From: Gammaproteobacteria bacterium
GTDB taxonomy: Bacteria; Pseudomonadota; Gammaproteobacteria; Ga0077536
DNA: 64,000 nucleotides
NCBI GenBank assembly: GCA_047611805.1
Contig: JBLFWX010000014.1
Location: 464-64,463 of the forward strand
Reading direction: 5' to 3'
The notes below the pieces were generated by a model. That model ran no database searches. It was not told where the DNA came from and saw only the letters and a list, made by a program, of their open reading frames with translations. The position numbers and the translations under genes were made by a program. This document shows, in pieces, positions 40,346 through 50,531 of this stretch (its first letter is position 1; the number at the start of each line of letters is the position of its first letter).

Positions 40346-41746
40346 ATGGCGACCCAAATTCCAACAACAGGCACCGGCTTTAGCGACAAAATTAAAGAAA
40401 TGCGCGCCTACGTAATCTCGATGCTGCGCCTGGCGCTACCCATCGTAATGGCCCGTGCGGGTTGGATGTTCATGAGTTTCGTCGACATTCTCATGGTCGG
40501 CCGCTTCAATACTGTTGAACTCGCTTATATGAGTCTCGCGACGATCCTGATTTCTGTTGCTTATGTAACGATGATGGGCATGTTACTCGGCACCTTAGTC
40601 ACCACGTCAAATTTGTTCGGACAACGCCTTTACTCTGAGATTGGTGCCGTGTGGCGGCGGTCCTTGCCCTACGCCTTTACGCTCGGCGTAATCGTCCTCG
40701 TGATGGCGATTTTCGCCGAACCCATTCTATTAATGGCCGGCCAAGAACCGTCTGTGGCGCATAACACAGGACAAATAATGCGGATTTACGGTTACGGCAT
40801 GCCACTCGGCGGATTGGTGTATGTAACGAGTCAATATTTCCTGGAGGGGATAAAGCGTCCGATTCCCGCGATGCTCCTAATGCTCGTCGCGAACGTGATT
40901 AACGTGGGCCTCAATTGGGTCCTAATTTTCGGTCATCTAGGTTTTGATCCGCTCGGTGCGGCGGGTTCGGCGTGGGCCACGAGCATCATTCGCACATTTC
41001 TCACGGCCGGACTCGTCATCTATATTCTCACGATGCCAGGCGCCCGCATTTTTGGCGTGCGCCTGGCATATAAAGGCGGTTTCCGCGCCTGGGCTGAACA
41101 GCGCCGGATCGGGTATGCCGCGGGTTTAAGTTTTTGCATCGAACACATGGCATTTGTCATGTTGTTCGTGTTTGCAGGCTTACTCGGTACGCTCGAACTC
41201 GCCGCGGTGACGATTGTGTTCAATGCCTTCGGTTTATGTTTCATGGTCGCAAACGGAATCGCCAACGCGGCGGCGGTTCACGTCGGTATCGCCTATGGCC
41301 AACAGAACAGTCGCGCTATCGCATTGGCCGGATGGACGGGCTGCGGCTTGCAGTTAGCCGTGTTGCTACTGCCGGCCATATTAATGATTACCATGCCCCA
41401 TTGGTTCGCCCAGATCTACTCGACCGATCCGGCACTGATTCAACTGGCAATGCCTATCTATGTCTTGGGCGGCGTCGCGCTGCTGCTCGACACCACCCAG
41501 ACACTGTGGTCGAACGTGCTCCGTGCGCGCCACGATAAATGGTTTGCCACGGCCTCGCACTTCGTTTGCTATATGTTGCTCATGGTCCCACTGGCTTGGT
41601 ATTTCACATTCACGATCGATCACCGCAGCGAAGGCTTGTTTGAAGCTTTAGTTATCGCGAGCGTTCTTTCGGTAACCTTATTAACGTGGCGATTTGCCGC
41701 GCTGTGCAGGCGGGACCGGCTGGGGACGTCCGCTTCCGTTGTCTAA
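40346..41746 (+). CDS. MATE family efflux transporter
   Basis: 466 aa with ~12 hydrophobic segments. The N-terminus LRLALPIVMARAGWMFMSFVDILMVGR is typical of NorM/DinF-type MATE proteins. Confidence 0.85.
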   Translation: MATQIPTTGTGFSDKIKEMRAYVISMLRLALPIVMARAGWMFMSFVDILMVGRFNTVELAYMSLATILISVAYVTMMGMLLGTLVTTSNLFGQRLYSEIGAVWRRSLPYAFTLGVIVLVMAIFAEPILLMAGQEPSVAHNTGQIMRIYGYGMPLGGLVYVTSQYFLEGIKRPIPAMLLMLVANVINVGLNWVLIFGHLGFDPLGAAGSAWATSIIRTFLTAGLVIYILTMPGARIFGVRLAYKGGFRAWAEQRRIGYAAGLSFCIEHMAFVMLFVFAGLLGTLELAAVTIVFNAFGLCFMVANGIANAAAVHVGIAYGQQNSRAIALAGWTGCGLQLAVLLLPAILMITMPHWFAQIYSTDPALIQLAMPIYVLGGVALLLDTTQTLWSNVLRARHDKWFATASHFVCYMLLMVPLAWYFTFTIDHRSEGLFEALVIASVLSVTLLTWRFAALCRRDRLGTSASVV

Positions 41747-42094
41747 ATGCGGTGTTGATTGCCATATTGTAGAAAGCGGATGCCGGCCCAGTGCACGCCT
41801 GAACCAGACGGCGTCTCGAACGCGTGATTCCCGTGCCGAGCCGCAATAAGGGCCAATAAGTCTGCTCCAAACGCCATAACGACACGTCGAGCAGACCCTA
41901 GCGATCCTCCCTGGCAGAATCCACCTCGGCATTCCGCTCACCGTGGCGGAGGTTCAATTTACTCTTGGCACCGCATCGAGGCGGCGGCGTGCCCGCCATG
42001 TCTTGAACTCGTTGAGGATTCTGCTTTCCGCACCGGGAGGAAAATTTCGCTACCCCGTCGGATTTTCCCTTAGCAGGGCTCAATCAATCTGGAA

Positions 42095-42379
42095 TTGGTA
42101 ACTTGTCGTCCGTCCTCGATAGCATGGACGATGAGGATTTCGAAGATTAACGCTCGATTGCCGGCAAGCGTTAGAGCGCTGCCTGCCACTCACCCAAGTC
42201 CGTTTTTGCTGTTAAGGATCCTTGCCTTAGTCGGGACATACGTCATCTTTGAGCGTGCCGTGAGTCGCTTCAGCCGCCTCGCCGTCGATGCGTACTTCGA
42301 ATCTTCCATCGTTGTGGAGCTGCTCCGAGCGTTTTCTCCCTATTTACTGATCTGCATTGTCCTTGGCGTGTTCCTATAA
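42095..42379 (+). CDS. possible small membrane protein
   Basis: Two hydrophobic segments (FLLLRILALVGTYVIF, YLLICIVLGVFL). It is in the same frame as the next ORF, separated by TAA plus 12 codons. Coding status is uncertain. Confidence 0.3.
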   Translation: MVTCRPSSIAWTMRISKINARLPASVRALPATHPSPFLLLRILALVGTYVIFERAVSRFSRLAVDAYFESSIVVELLRAFSPYLLICIVLGVFL

Positions 42380-42415
42380 TGGCGATACGGAACGCTTAGG
42401 AGTAGCTGGCAGACA

Positions 42416-43618
42416 TTGGAACCCGGTAACCAGCTACGCTGGTTCGTTTGTTTATTGGCCTTGGGGACAGCTTGGCCGTTGACCCCCTTCGATTACAACT
42501 ACTACTTCGGGCAAGCATACGTTCTCGACCGTATTCTCCTCGGTGCGCTGGTTGTCTTACTCTGGCTTAGACCTCTATTTATCTATCCGTTTCTGCTTTT
42601 GGCGTTCGCGATCTTGTCGCAGCTTGCGCTTGTCGAATTGAGTGGTTCGATCTTGGCGCACAAGCTGCAGGTTTTGCACGTCCTTAACTTGTTCGGCGCA
42701 ACATTCCTCATCCACGCAATAACCAGGTCGCCCCGCACCCAAAATTTTGGGTTCCTGACGTGTTGCTTAGTTGCATCCGCATACTGCGTAGCGGCAATGG
42801 CGAAGTTGGACGTTGATTGGTTTGCGCAAGGTCATTTGCTGTTAATCCTCCCTGCCGCCTACGCGCACGGTTGGCTCGGCCAACTCGATCCCAATTCGAT
42901 CGTCGAGCTAACGAATCTAATTGCGCCGTTTGATCTACTCATTCGCGTAATGGTTGTCGCCGTTGAAGGCGCTTGCCTAATCTTCCTCTGGAACCGCCGG
43001 TGGTCGATGATCTTGTTGGCGGGCGTGATGTTGTTCCATGTAGCCGTGTTTGCCCTTTATGGATTTTTGTTTTGGACGTGGGTCCTCGTCGATAGCGCGC
43101 TGCTAGTCGTTCTGTTCCGCTACCGCGCGACGCGCGAACTCGGCTTTTACACACGCACCTACGCGCTCGCATCGATCGTTCTCATTACCGTCGCAAGCTC
43201 GTGGGCGATGCCGCCGCAACTCGGATGGCTTGATATGTGGGTGACTTATAGTTTCCAAATCGAAGCGATAGATACTGACGGCAATCAATATACGTTGGCG
43301 CCGCGGTATTTCGCGCCATACGAAGACTATTTCACGATGGCGAGTTTCGGATATCTGGTTCACGACCGAAGAATGCCATCGGGTCCTTATGGCGTGTCGA
43401 AATCGCCGGCACAAGCGCAGTTATTATTCGGCATCCGGAACGCCCAAGACTTGTTCGATCTCGAGTCGGACCAAGGCGCAGTGCGTTACAAACAAGATAA
43501 AGTCGAGCAATTTCGCTCATTCGTAGAACGTTTCGCTGCCGCCAAAAATAATCTAGCAAGCAGCAATATGAGCCGACGGTGGTGGCGCGCACTGCGGCAA
43601 TTCTGGAGCCATCCGTGA
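42416..43618 (+). CDS. polytopic integral membrane protein, unknown function
   Basis: 400 aa with ~8 hydrophobic helices, then a ~130-aa soluble tail. The only available start is TTG 42416, with AGGAG 13 nt upstream. No family recognised. Confidence 0.55.
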   Translation: MEPGNQLRWFVCLLALGTAWPLTPFDYNYYFGQAYVLDRILLGALVVLLWLRPLFIYPFLLLAFAILSQLALVELSGSILAHKLQVLHVLNLFGATFLIHAITRSPRTQNFGFLTCCLVASAYCVAAMAKLDVDWFAQGHLLLILPAAYAHGWLGQLDPNSIVELTNLIAPFDLLIRVMVVAVEGACLIFLWNRRWSMILLAGVMLFHVAVFALYGFLFWTWVLVDSALLVVLFRYRATRELGFYTRTYALASIVLITVASSWAMPPQLGWLDMWVTYSFQIEAIDTDGNQYTLAPRYFAPYEDYFTMASFGYLVHDRRMPSGPYGVSKSPAQAQLLFGIRNAQDLFDLESDQGAVRYKQDKVEQFRSFVERFAAAKNNLASSNMSRRWWRALRQFWSHP

Positions 43619-43829
43619 TGGCGCGCCCTCGCATACGGCCGGCAGGATAAGTGAAGTTATCGTCTTTGAGCGGACATCCCTATTCAACGATGCGAGCATT
43701 GAACACATTCGAACAAGGGAAGTACTGCGGATCCCGATCAAAAATTCGCTTACCGGAAAATAATGCGCCAACGCCCAGGATCTTCCAACGGACACGAGCA
43801 ACTTCGGCAGCGTGGAAGTAGTTCTATAC

Positions 43830-44531
43830 TCAGCGGGGCTGGTACTGTTGTTCACCAAACATATTCTTGTAGGCCTCATCCGTTGGGTTTCCGACTTTCA
43901 TATCGTTCACCATTAGCGTGACACCACGCTTTACCGCCGGACGTTCGGCGACGATCGCGTTCCATCGTTTTACGTTCGGGTAATCATCAATATCGATGCG
44001 GTGTAGTTCCCATTGCTGCGGCATCGTCCAAGGATAAGTGGCGATGTCGGCAAGCGAATAGTCTCCGCCTGCGAGATAATCTTGGGTACTCAGCCGTTTA
44101 TCCATCACACCGTAAAGCCGCTTCGTCTCATTGTGATAGCGGGCTTTCGCGAACGGCACGTCCTCGGGGCAGTATCCTTGGAAATAGCCGTTCTGCCCGA
44201 ACATTGGTCCCACGCCACCCATCTGGAACATCAGCCACTGGATCATGTCGTAGCGTAGAGCCATATCGGTGGGCCAGAATTTTCCGGTTTTCTCGGCCAG
44301 ATAGAGCAGAATCGCGCCCGATTCGAAAACTTGATATGGGGAGCCATGAGGCCCTTCGGTATCAATGATCGCCGGCACCCGATTGTTCGGGTTCACGGCA
44401 AGAAAAGTCGGTTCGAATTGTTCCCCAGCGAGTATATTCACCGCAATGGTTTCGTATTCGAGCGCTACTTCTTCGAGCATGATGCTCGCTTTAAACCCGT
44501 TTGGCGTCGGCCAAAAATAGAGCCGGATCAT
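43830..44531 (-). CDS. yfcG: Nu-class glutathione S-transferase / GSH-disulfide reductase, YfcG-like
   Basis: Collinear with E. coli YfcG as I remember it: LYFWPTPNG.K, SPNN(R/K)(V/I)PAI(I/V)D, FESGAILLYLAEKTG, QW(L)(M/F).Q.GG.GPM.GQN, E(T)(K/Q)RLY.V(M/L).KRL, Y(S)(L/I)ADIA..PW. Confidence 0.8.
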   Translation of the reverse strand: MIRLYFWPTPNGFKASIMLEEVALEYETIAVNILAGEQFEPTFLAVNPNNRVPAIIDTEGPHGSPYQVFESGAILLYLAEKTGKFWPTDMALRYDMIQWLMFQMGGVGPMFGQNGYFQGYCPEDVPFAKARYHNETKRLYGVMDKRLSTQDYLAGGDYSLADIATYPWTMPQQWELHRIDIDDYPNVKRWNAIVAERPAVKRGVTLMVNDMKVGNPTDEAYKNMFGEQQYQPR

Positions 44532-45268
44532 AAGGTGCCGTTCTCCTGCTGCAGGGCTAACACGGCCTTCACGTTGTCCTGGCAGTACTTAGCGCTGTCG
44601 TCACCGCTAAAATCGATGTTGTAGTGCGACGTCACCGACGGTCGTTGGATCGCATCAATCCACCAAGCTTTTAGATTCGGGCGTGTGTCGAAGCAATCGA
44701 AATCGGGATAGAGGGGATCTTTCGCGTCATAGAACTTGGCACGAAAATCCATGTAACTAATCGCGTGGAGCATCGCGGCGTGTCCGATGTCGAATTGATT
44801 GAACCCACGTTTGCAGTACGCCTCAAGTTGATCAAGACCACGAATCGTTTTCGGCCAAATCCATTCGAAAAAAGCGATCCGTTGTTCCGACTCACTGTGC
44901 CAACCTTCCATCACCATTTGCACCGTCGTCTCGAACAGCGTGTCGGCGAGGGCCAAGCGGCTCACGGCTTCCCATCGATCCGGACCAGCAATCGGATACA
45001 AAGGTTTGCCCGACTTATTCAGCGCATCGAGACATTCGACGACGGCCTGTGATCCGAACACTACCTGCCCATCATCGAGTGCTAAGGTCGGAACTTTATC
45101 GAGTGGATTCAACGCAGCGATCGAATAAGCATCGCCTTGATCCTCACCGGCGCCGTTTTTAAACGGATAAGTCGCGACAAATATCATGTCGTCCCATAGT
45201 CCAGCTTCATGAACTGTGACGAGAACTTTATGGATGAAGGTGTGGAACGGCGAATAGAACAAACGCAT
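44528..45268 (-). CDS. GST-like protein
   Basis: 246 aa. The N-domain is GST-type (KVPTLALDDGQVVFGSQAVVECL) with a helical C-domain. Its stop overlaps the yfcG-like start by 4 nt. Confidence 0.65.
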   Translation of the reverse strand: MRLFYSPFHTFIHKVLVTVHEAGLWDDMIFVATYPFKNGAGEDQGDAYSIAALNPLDKVPTLALDDGQVVFGSQAVVECLDALNKSGKPLYPIAGPDRWEAVSRLALADTLFETTVQMVMEGWHSESEQRIAFFEWIWPKTIRGLDQLEAYCKRGFNQFDIGHAAMLHAISYMDFRAKFYDAKDPLYPDFDCFDTRPNLKAWWIDAIQRPSVTSHYNIDFSGDDSAKYCQDNVKAVLALQQENGTL

Positions 45269-45693
45269 TATTTCGTCCTCGTGACGTAGAGTTCGAAGGC
45301 ACTCAAGAACTGAGCCTGCAACAATTGTATCGCCCCCACTCTAATCGAATTTCAATCCTTCGTCGTGCATTCGAGGTTTAAGATGCCGATCGAGAACTAG
45401 CGAAAAGAGGCGGCACAGCGCGACTAATCTGATGATTCATCGCCGATTGCGTTCTGCTGCATTGGGACTGAGCCTCATCTTCGAACCCGTAGAAAACGCA
45501 TCTTGATTCAAGACCGGTGTGCGGTTCACTGATGGAATCATCTAGTGATGTGGTATCTCAACTCGTCGTTGGTCGCGCAAGCGAGCGGAACACAACAGCG
45601 TTAACAGTGCACCCGCCCGGCTGTTTTAAGGACACTGGCGCTACATCGATCGTTCTTGAAGTTCGCTTTCATAGGGAACTCTCGGGCAAATGT

Positions 45694-47334
45694 TCAATTA
45701 TCCATCTCGTCACGCAACTCATTGCGGCACACACAAGCGGAAAATGCCACGGCCAAGGTTCGCATGTGATCTTCAACATTGGCTTGGCTTCGAAAACCGA
45801 CGTGGCCATCAGGACGGATGAGTACCGCACCATCCTCCTCGATGCCATAGATCTCCAGCCAATCGGCACCGACCAGCGGAGAGTCTGCTGCGTTAACTGC
45901 GAACGCGGTAAGCGGAATGTCGAATTTTTCTCCCAACACCCGCGCCGCGCTGATCCATTGCCCGCCTCGTTTGCCAGCGAGTAAGCAAAATCCTTGGTCG
46001 AACAGATCCAGACTCGATAGTTTTCTACCGCTAAGGCTAAGCCACACATGGGGGGCGCGCACACCAGGCGCGGCCGAGTGGTCGTAAACTTCGCTGGTCT
46101 GATCTAGCGACGTTGGCTGCGTTCCGTCGCTGCAAAACGCACCATCGGCATAGCGCAGGCCTAGATCCAGGCCTGCGAAACGCCCGTAAGATTCTGCTTG
46201 GTGTAACGCGCTCACGACATCCCCACCGGACCGGTAAGCGTCACCAATAGCGCCGAAATTTACACTGTTGCGGAAACTCGACTGGGCACTAATTTCCGTC
46301 ACCAAGCGACGTTCTTGATCGTAGGTTTCGAGTAACTGATTCCCCGCCCACCCCTGGATCACACCGGCCAATTTCCACATTAAGTTATGCACTGCATGTA
46401 AGCCGGAGTTCAAACCGAGTCCTCCGGTCGGAGGTAGCACATGGGCGGCATCGCCTAGTAGAAAAGCACGGCCAACTTTGAAGTTATCCGCCATGATCGA
46501 ATGCATCGTCCAAGGACGAATACTTCTAACTCGCACATCCAGAGTTTCGTCGCCGGCCGTGCCACGGATCCAGTTCGCAGCCTCGTTTGCGCCAAATCCG
46601 TCGGCAGCACCAAATATCTGGCATCGCCACTCGGATTTTCCGTCAATGGGTTGATACACACCGACTCCTGCGTCAGAGGCGACAAACAGTAACGGTGCGA
46701 TGCGTTGTTGAACTTGCTCCGTTAAACCATCCACATCGAAATGGACGTCTAATACCGTCGCGATGTCGTGCGTACCGCGCATCCGCACGCCGAGCCATTG
46801 TCGCGCAGGGCTGCTGGCGCCGTCGGCAAACAACGCGTATTCGCTGGTGAGCTTTTCACGACCGCCATTCGCGTTGCTGACCAGAAGTTCACAAGCCTGG
46901 TCAGTTTGCGTTATCCCTTCAACAGTCGTGCTAACTCTGAAATCGATTAACTCGCATTCCTCGGCCAGATCCCGCAGCACCAGTTCGTATTTCTCTTGCG
47001 AGCTCATGTGAGGCATCGACGGGCTGTCCGCGATCGGCACACTCGTGAAATCCGGACAGCGCACGCGCCCGATTTCCGGTCCCGTCAAGGTCGTGGTGTA
47101 CACCAATACGTGAGTCCACGAAGCCGGTAACGAAATCGCATCCATGTGTTCGTCCGTGACACCGAGCCCACGCATCACTTCCATCGTCCGTCGGCTGACG
47201 CTCCGCGATTTCGGATGCGGATTAATCGTTGCGCGGCGCTCGAGCACGATCGATCGAACACCCTGCTTAGCCAGCAATAGGGCCGCAAATGTTCCGACAG
47301 GACCGCCGCCGGCGATGAGCACAGGTGCATTCAT
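45694..47334 (-). CDS. FAD-dependent aromatic-ring hydroxylase (PheA/TfdB-like, with C-terminal thioredoxin-like domain)
   Basis: 546 aa. Has LIAGGGPVGTFAALLLAKQG and FLLGDAAHVLPPTGGLGLNSGLHAVHNLMWKL. The ~170-aa C-terminal extension is typical of phenol-hydroxylase-type enzymes. Confidence 0.8.
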   Translation of the reverse strand: MNAPVLIAGGGPVGTFAALLLAKQGVRSIVLERRATINPHPKSRSVSRRTMEVMRGLGVTDEHMDAISLPASWTHVLVYTTTLTGPEIGRVRCPDFTSVPIADSPSMPHMSSQEKYELVLRDLAEECELIDFRVSTTVEGITQTDQACELLVSNANGGREKLTSEYALFADGASSPARQWLGVRMRGTHDIATVLDVHFDVDGLTEQVQQRIAPLLFVASDAGVGVYQPIDGKSEWRCQIFGAADGFGANEAANWIRGTAGDETLDVRVRSIRPWTMHSIMADNFKVGRAFLLGDAAHVLPPTGGLGLNSGLHAVHNLMWKLAGVIQGWAGNQLLETYDQERRLVTEISAQSSFRNSVNFGAIGDAYRSGGDVVSALHQAESYGRFAGLDLGLRYADGAFCSDGTQPTSLDQTSEVYDHSAAPGVRAPHVWLSLSGRKLSSLDLFDQGFCLLAGKRGGQWISAARVLGEKFDIPLTAFAVNAADSPLVGADWLEIYGIEEDGAVLIRPDGHVGFRSQANVEDHMRTLAVAFSACVCRNELRDEMDN

Positions 47335-47697
47335 ACTGTTGATTTCTCAATGCGGGTTATTCAGTGGACTGCCAGCGCCATCTCCTTATAACGCTGACAC
47401 TAGTTTGCCACTAGTGCTGGTGAAAATGCGAAGACTAGCGCCATCGTGTTCATTCGAGATTGAACTAGGTTCGAAGATAGAGTCCCTTAGGCTAGGTAAT
47501 TCCTAGAATGGACTACGCTACGGGCCGGCGTCGCAAGACGATTGCCTTTCGTTGATCGACCCAGAACTCATCCCATTTCGCTCTGATATCGTACAATGGG
47601 ACCGAATTGAAGGGGTCCGTACCGTTGGTAGTGACCCCTGTATTTCAACGAGACGCCCTTCGGTCTTTCAGCATTTAAACTCCAAGGACTCCGTGAT

Positions 47698-50436
47698 ATG
47701 ACTTTTATTGTTCGCTTTACTGAATCCGACGCTGAACAACACGATTTAGTCGGCGGAAAAGCTACTAATCTGGGTCATTTAGTGAAGGCTGGATTCGCAG
47801 TGCCCGCCGGCTTCACGGTCACGACTTTGGCCTACGCTCAATTTATGAATACGAGCGGACTCCAGCGCGACGTGAACGAAATCGTCAACGCGATCGACTA
47901 TGGAGATGTAACGGGACTCGAAACGCACACGATCCGGATCCGGTCAATGATGCTCGACACGGATTTGCCAACCGAGGTCGCAGCAGACATCAGCCAAGCA
48001 TATCGCGAACTCGGCGAAGAATTACAAACCGATGCACGAAACTTATGCGCGGTGCGCTCCTCAGGAACCGCCGAAGATCTAGCCGACTCTTCTTTTGCCG
48101 GGTTGCATGATACCTACCTCGACATTGGCGGCATTGAGGAGATCCTTGCTGCCGTTAAACGTTGCTGGTCGTCGTTGTGGACTGCTCGCGCTACGGCTTA
48201 TCGGCATGATCGCGGCTTTGCGCATAACGATGCTCGCCTCGCGGTTGTTATTCAGAGCATGGTGGATGCCGATGTCGCTGGTGTCATGTTTACGGCGAAC
48301 CCCGTCACTGCCGCCGTTAATGAAATCGTCGTCAACGCGAGTTGGGGACTAGGCGAGAGCGTTGTATCCGGGATTGTCACGCCAGATGAATATGTGATTG
48401 CGCGCGGCAGTTTAAACATTAAGCAATGCCGTATCGGTAGCAAAGCATTGCGCATCGTGCGCGACGGCGTCCGCGGACAGGGGACAATCGAAGAAGCGGT
48501 TCCGACCAGCGAACGCGAAAAACTGACACTATCGGATCGCCAAGTGACGGAACTTGCTCACTTAGGCCAAAGAGTCGCGGCGCACTTCGGCGACCTCCCA
48601 CAGGATATTGAATGGGCGTTAGCTGACGACTCCTTTTATCTGCTCCAAGCGCGCCCAGTGACTGGCGTGGAATTTTCCTGGGACGAAGATCTCGAGTATT
48701 GGCAATTTCAGAACGAGGCCGACGATACGATCTACACACGCGCGTGGGCGGATGAATATTGGAATGGTCCCATTACGCCGCTGCACTACTCCTATCGCGC
48801 TAAAGAACTCAGCGATTGCCATCACACAGCGCAGACCTTGTACGGTAATCCCGACATCGCCAACATGCGCACCTGGAAGTACTACAAAAGTGAAGCCTAC
48901 TTCGCCTCGAACATGGAACGGGAATGGGCGGTCCAATCTCTGCCGCAGAATCTGCGTATTCCAGGGTCGCTGAACAAACTACCTCCGAGTTGGTGGCCGG
49001 CCGTTCAACGCGAGCCGTTCTCGTGGTTTAGATACGCGTGGATTTTCGCTCGAATAAAAATTTTAAACGACCGCTCAGCGCCGTTCAAGTTCTTCCGCGT
49101 GTTCGACGATCGAATCGAAAACCGCAGAGACGAAGCCAACGGAATGAGCAATGACGCACTGCGAGTGCTCCCGGACAACGAATTTAAGGCGCACATTTTA
49201 GATCGCCTAGAGATTTTCAAACAGGCGGATGACGATCTATGGGGCGCGTTTTTTATCTACGCACCGTTTGCTCTAGGGCTTTTGGGCGATCTTTTGGGTC
49301 GCTGGTACGATGGTGACGCGGCATGGGCATTCGCCGATTTATGCTCTGGGCTGCCAGATCAAACCATCACCTTGAAAGAGAACCATGAGCTCTGGAAGTT
49401 CGGTGAACGTCTGAAAGCATCACCGGCATTGCGACAGTTGGTCGATGAACACCAGGGCGTCGAATTTTTTAACGCGCTAGAGAAGCATGAAGAAGGGCGC
49501 GCTTTTCTAGCCGATTACCGACCCTGGTTGGCGCGGCGCGGTCATCGCGGGCACGCGGATCGGGACGGCTGGTTTCCGCGCCGCGGCGACGATCCTATGA
49601 TCGATTACAACGCTTTCAAGGCGCTGGTCTCGGCACGCGAAAGTGTCGACCCGCTGCGCATGGAAGAAAACCTGAAAAACAAAAGAGTTACGCGCGAGGC
49701 GGAAGTGCACCTCAGTATACGCAAACAAACGTTCGGTCTCGCCAAACTAAAACTATTCAAGCTCGTGCATGCTTACTCGCTAGAGTTTCTGAAATTTCGT
49801 GATAACGAACGAGAATATCTCGACAACCTAACTTATACGCAACGACGATGCTTCCTTGAACTCGGCCGTCGCCTGCACGAGCGTAAACTGATCGCAGACA
49901 GTGGTGATGTGTGGTTCCTTGGGGTAGAAGAAAATTTCGCCTTGCTCGATGCGAGCGCGAAGCTGCCACTCACGGAAGCTAAAATTGCCGGTCGCAAACG
50001 CAACTTCTTTCGCTTCCGCAATCGCGAAGTAAACTTACCCAATTATCTAAATCCAAACGCGACACCGGCACTGCCTGGTGAGCAGATAGGTGTGCCCTGC
50101 GCTGCTGAAGATGATTCACTTGTCCTAGCCGGCGCAGGCACGAGTCAAGGAAACGTTACTGGTCGGGCAAGAGTGATAAAAAACCTTGAGGAGATCGGCT
50201 CGCTTGTGCCCGGTGACATACTCGTTTGCAACAGCACGGATCCTGGCTGGACCCCGGCATTTCTGGTCATCAGCGGACTCGTTTTAGAAACCGGCGGCAT
50301 GCTGTCGCACGGTGCTTGCTTATCGCGAGAGTACGGTCTGCCGGCCGCCGCAGTCCCGCAGGCGATGAGCCGCATCGTCGATGGCTCGACGATCACAGTC
50401 GACGGCACCTTGGGACTCGTGCGGCTAGCAGTTTGA
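47698..50436 (+). CDS. PEP-utilising dikinase with rifampin-phosphotransferase-like architecture
   Basis: 912 aa. The N-terminal ATP-grasp PPDK_N blocks are VGGKATNLGHL and VRSSGTAEDL. The extreme C-terminus carries the swivel phosphohistidine domain TDPGWTP...ETGGMLSHGACLSREYGLPA. No PEP/pyruvate TIM-barrel domain is present. Confidence 0.75.
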   Translation: MTFIVRFTESDAEQHDLVGGKATNLGHLVKAGFAVPAGFTVTTLAYAQFMNTSGLQRDVNEIVNAIDYGDVTGLETHTIRIRSMMLDTDLPTEVAADISQAYRELGEELQTDARNLCAVRSSGTAEDLADSSFAGLHDTYLDIGGIEEILAAVKRCWSSLWTARATAYRHDRGFAHNDARLAVVIQSMVDADVAGVMFTANPVTAAVNEIVVNASWGLGESVVSGIVTPDEYVIARGSLNIKQCRIGSKALRIVRDGVRGQGTIEEAVPTSEREKLTLSDRQVTELAHLGQRVAAHFGDLPQDIEWALADDSFYLLQARPVTGVEFSWDEDLEYWQFQNEADDTIYTRAWADEYWNGPITPLHYSYRAKELSDCHHTAQTLYGNPDIANMRTWKYYKSEAYFASNMEREWAVQSLPQNLRIPGSLNKLPPSWWPAVQREPFSWFRYAWIFARIKILNDRSAPFKFFRVFDDRIENRRDEANGMSNDALRVLPDNEFKAHILDRLEIFKQADDDLWGAFFIYAPFALGLLGDLLGRWYDGDAAWAFADLCSGLPDQTITLKENHELWKFGERLKASPALRQLVDEHQGVEFFNALEKHEEGRAFLADYRPWLARRGHRGHADRDGWFPRRGDDPMIDYNAFKALVSARESVDPLRMEENLKNKRVTREAEVHLSIRKQTFGLAKLKLFKLVHAYSLEFLKFRDNEREYLDNLTYTQRRCFLELGRRLHERKLIADSGDVWFLGVEENFALLDASAKLPLTEAKIAGRKRNFFRFRNREVNLPNYLNPNATPALPGEQIGVPCAAEDDSLVLAGAGTSQGNVTGRARVIKNLEEIGSLVPGDILVCNSTDPGWTPAFLVISGLVLETGGMLSHGACLSREYGLPAAAVPQAMSRIVDGSTITVDGTLGLVRLAV

Positions 50437-50531
50437 AAAAGAAGAATGGCCTTCGGACCGCAAGGCTCCTTCTACCTATAAGCGGTATAGATTTCTACGG
50501 CTAATCTTCGATATTCGTGTAAGTAATGTAA

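Noticed and set aside
41750-42090. A GC-rich, structured-looking intergenic stretch after the MATE gene, which I tried to read as a cobalamin or other riboswitch, or as SRP or 6S RNA.
   Set aside because: I could not find the conserved cores (no B12 box, no GGGAA...GGUG..AA.CC arrangement, no SRP domain IV motif). Only generic short hairpins are present.
45517-45984. Other long antisense ORFs inside large genes (for example 45517..45984, 27103..27612, 41134..41538, 12331..12702).
   Set aside because: Each lies fully within a gene with strong motif support on the other strand or frame. These are typical shadow ORFs.
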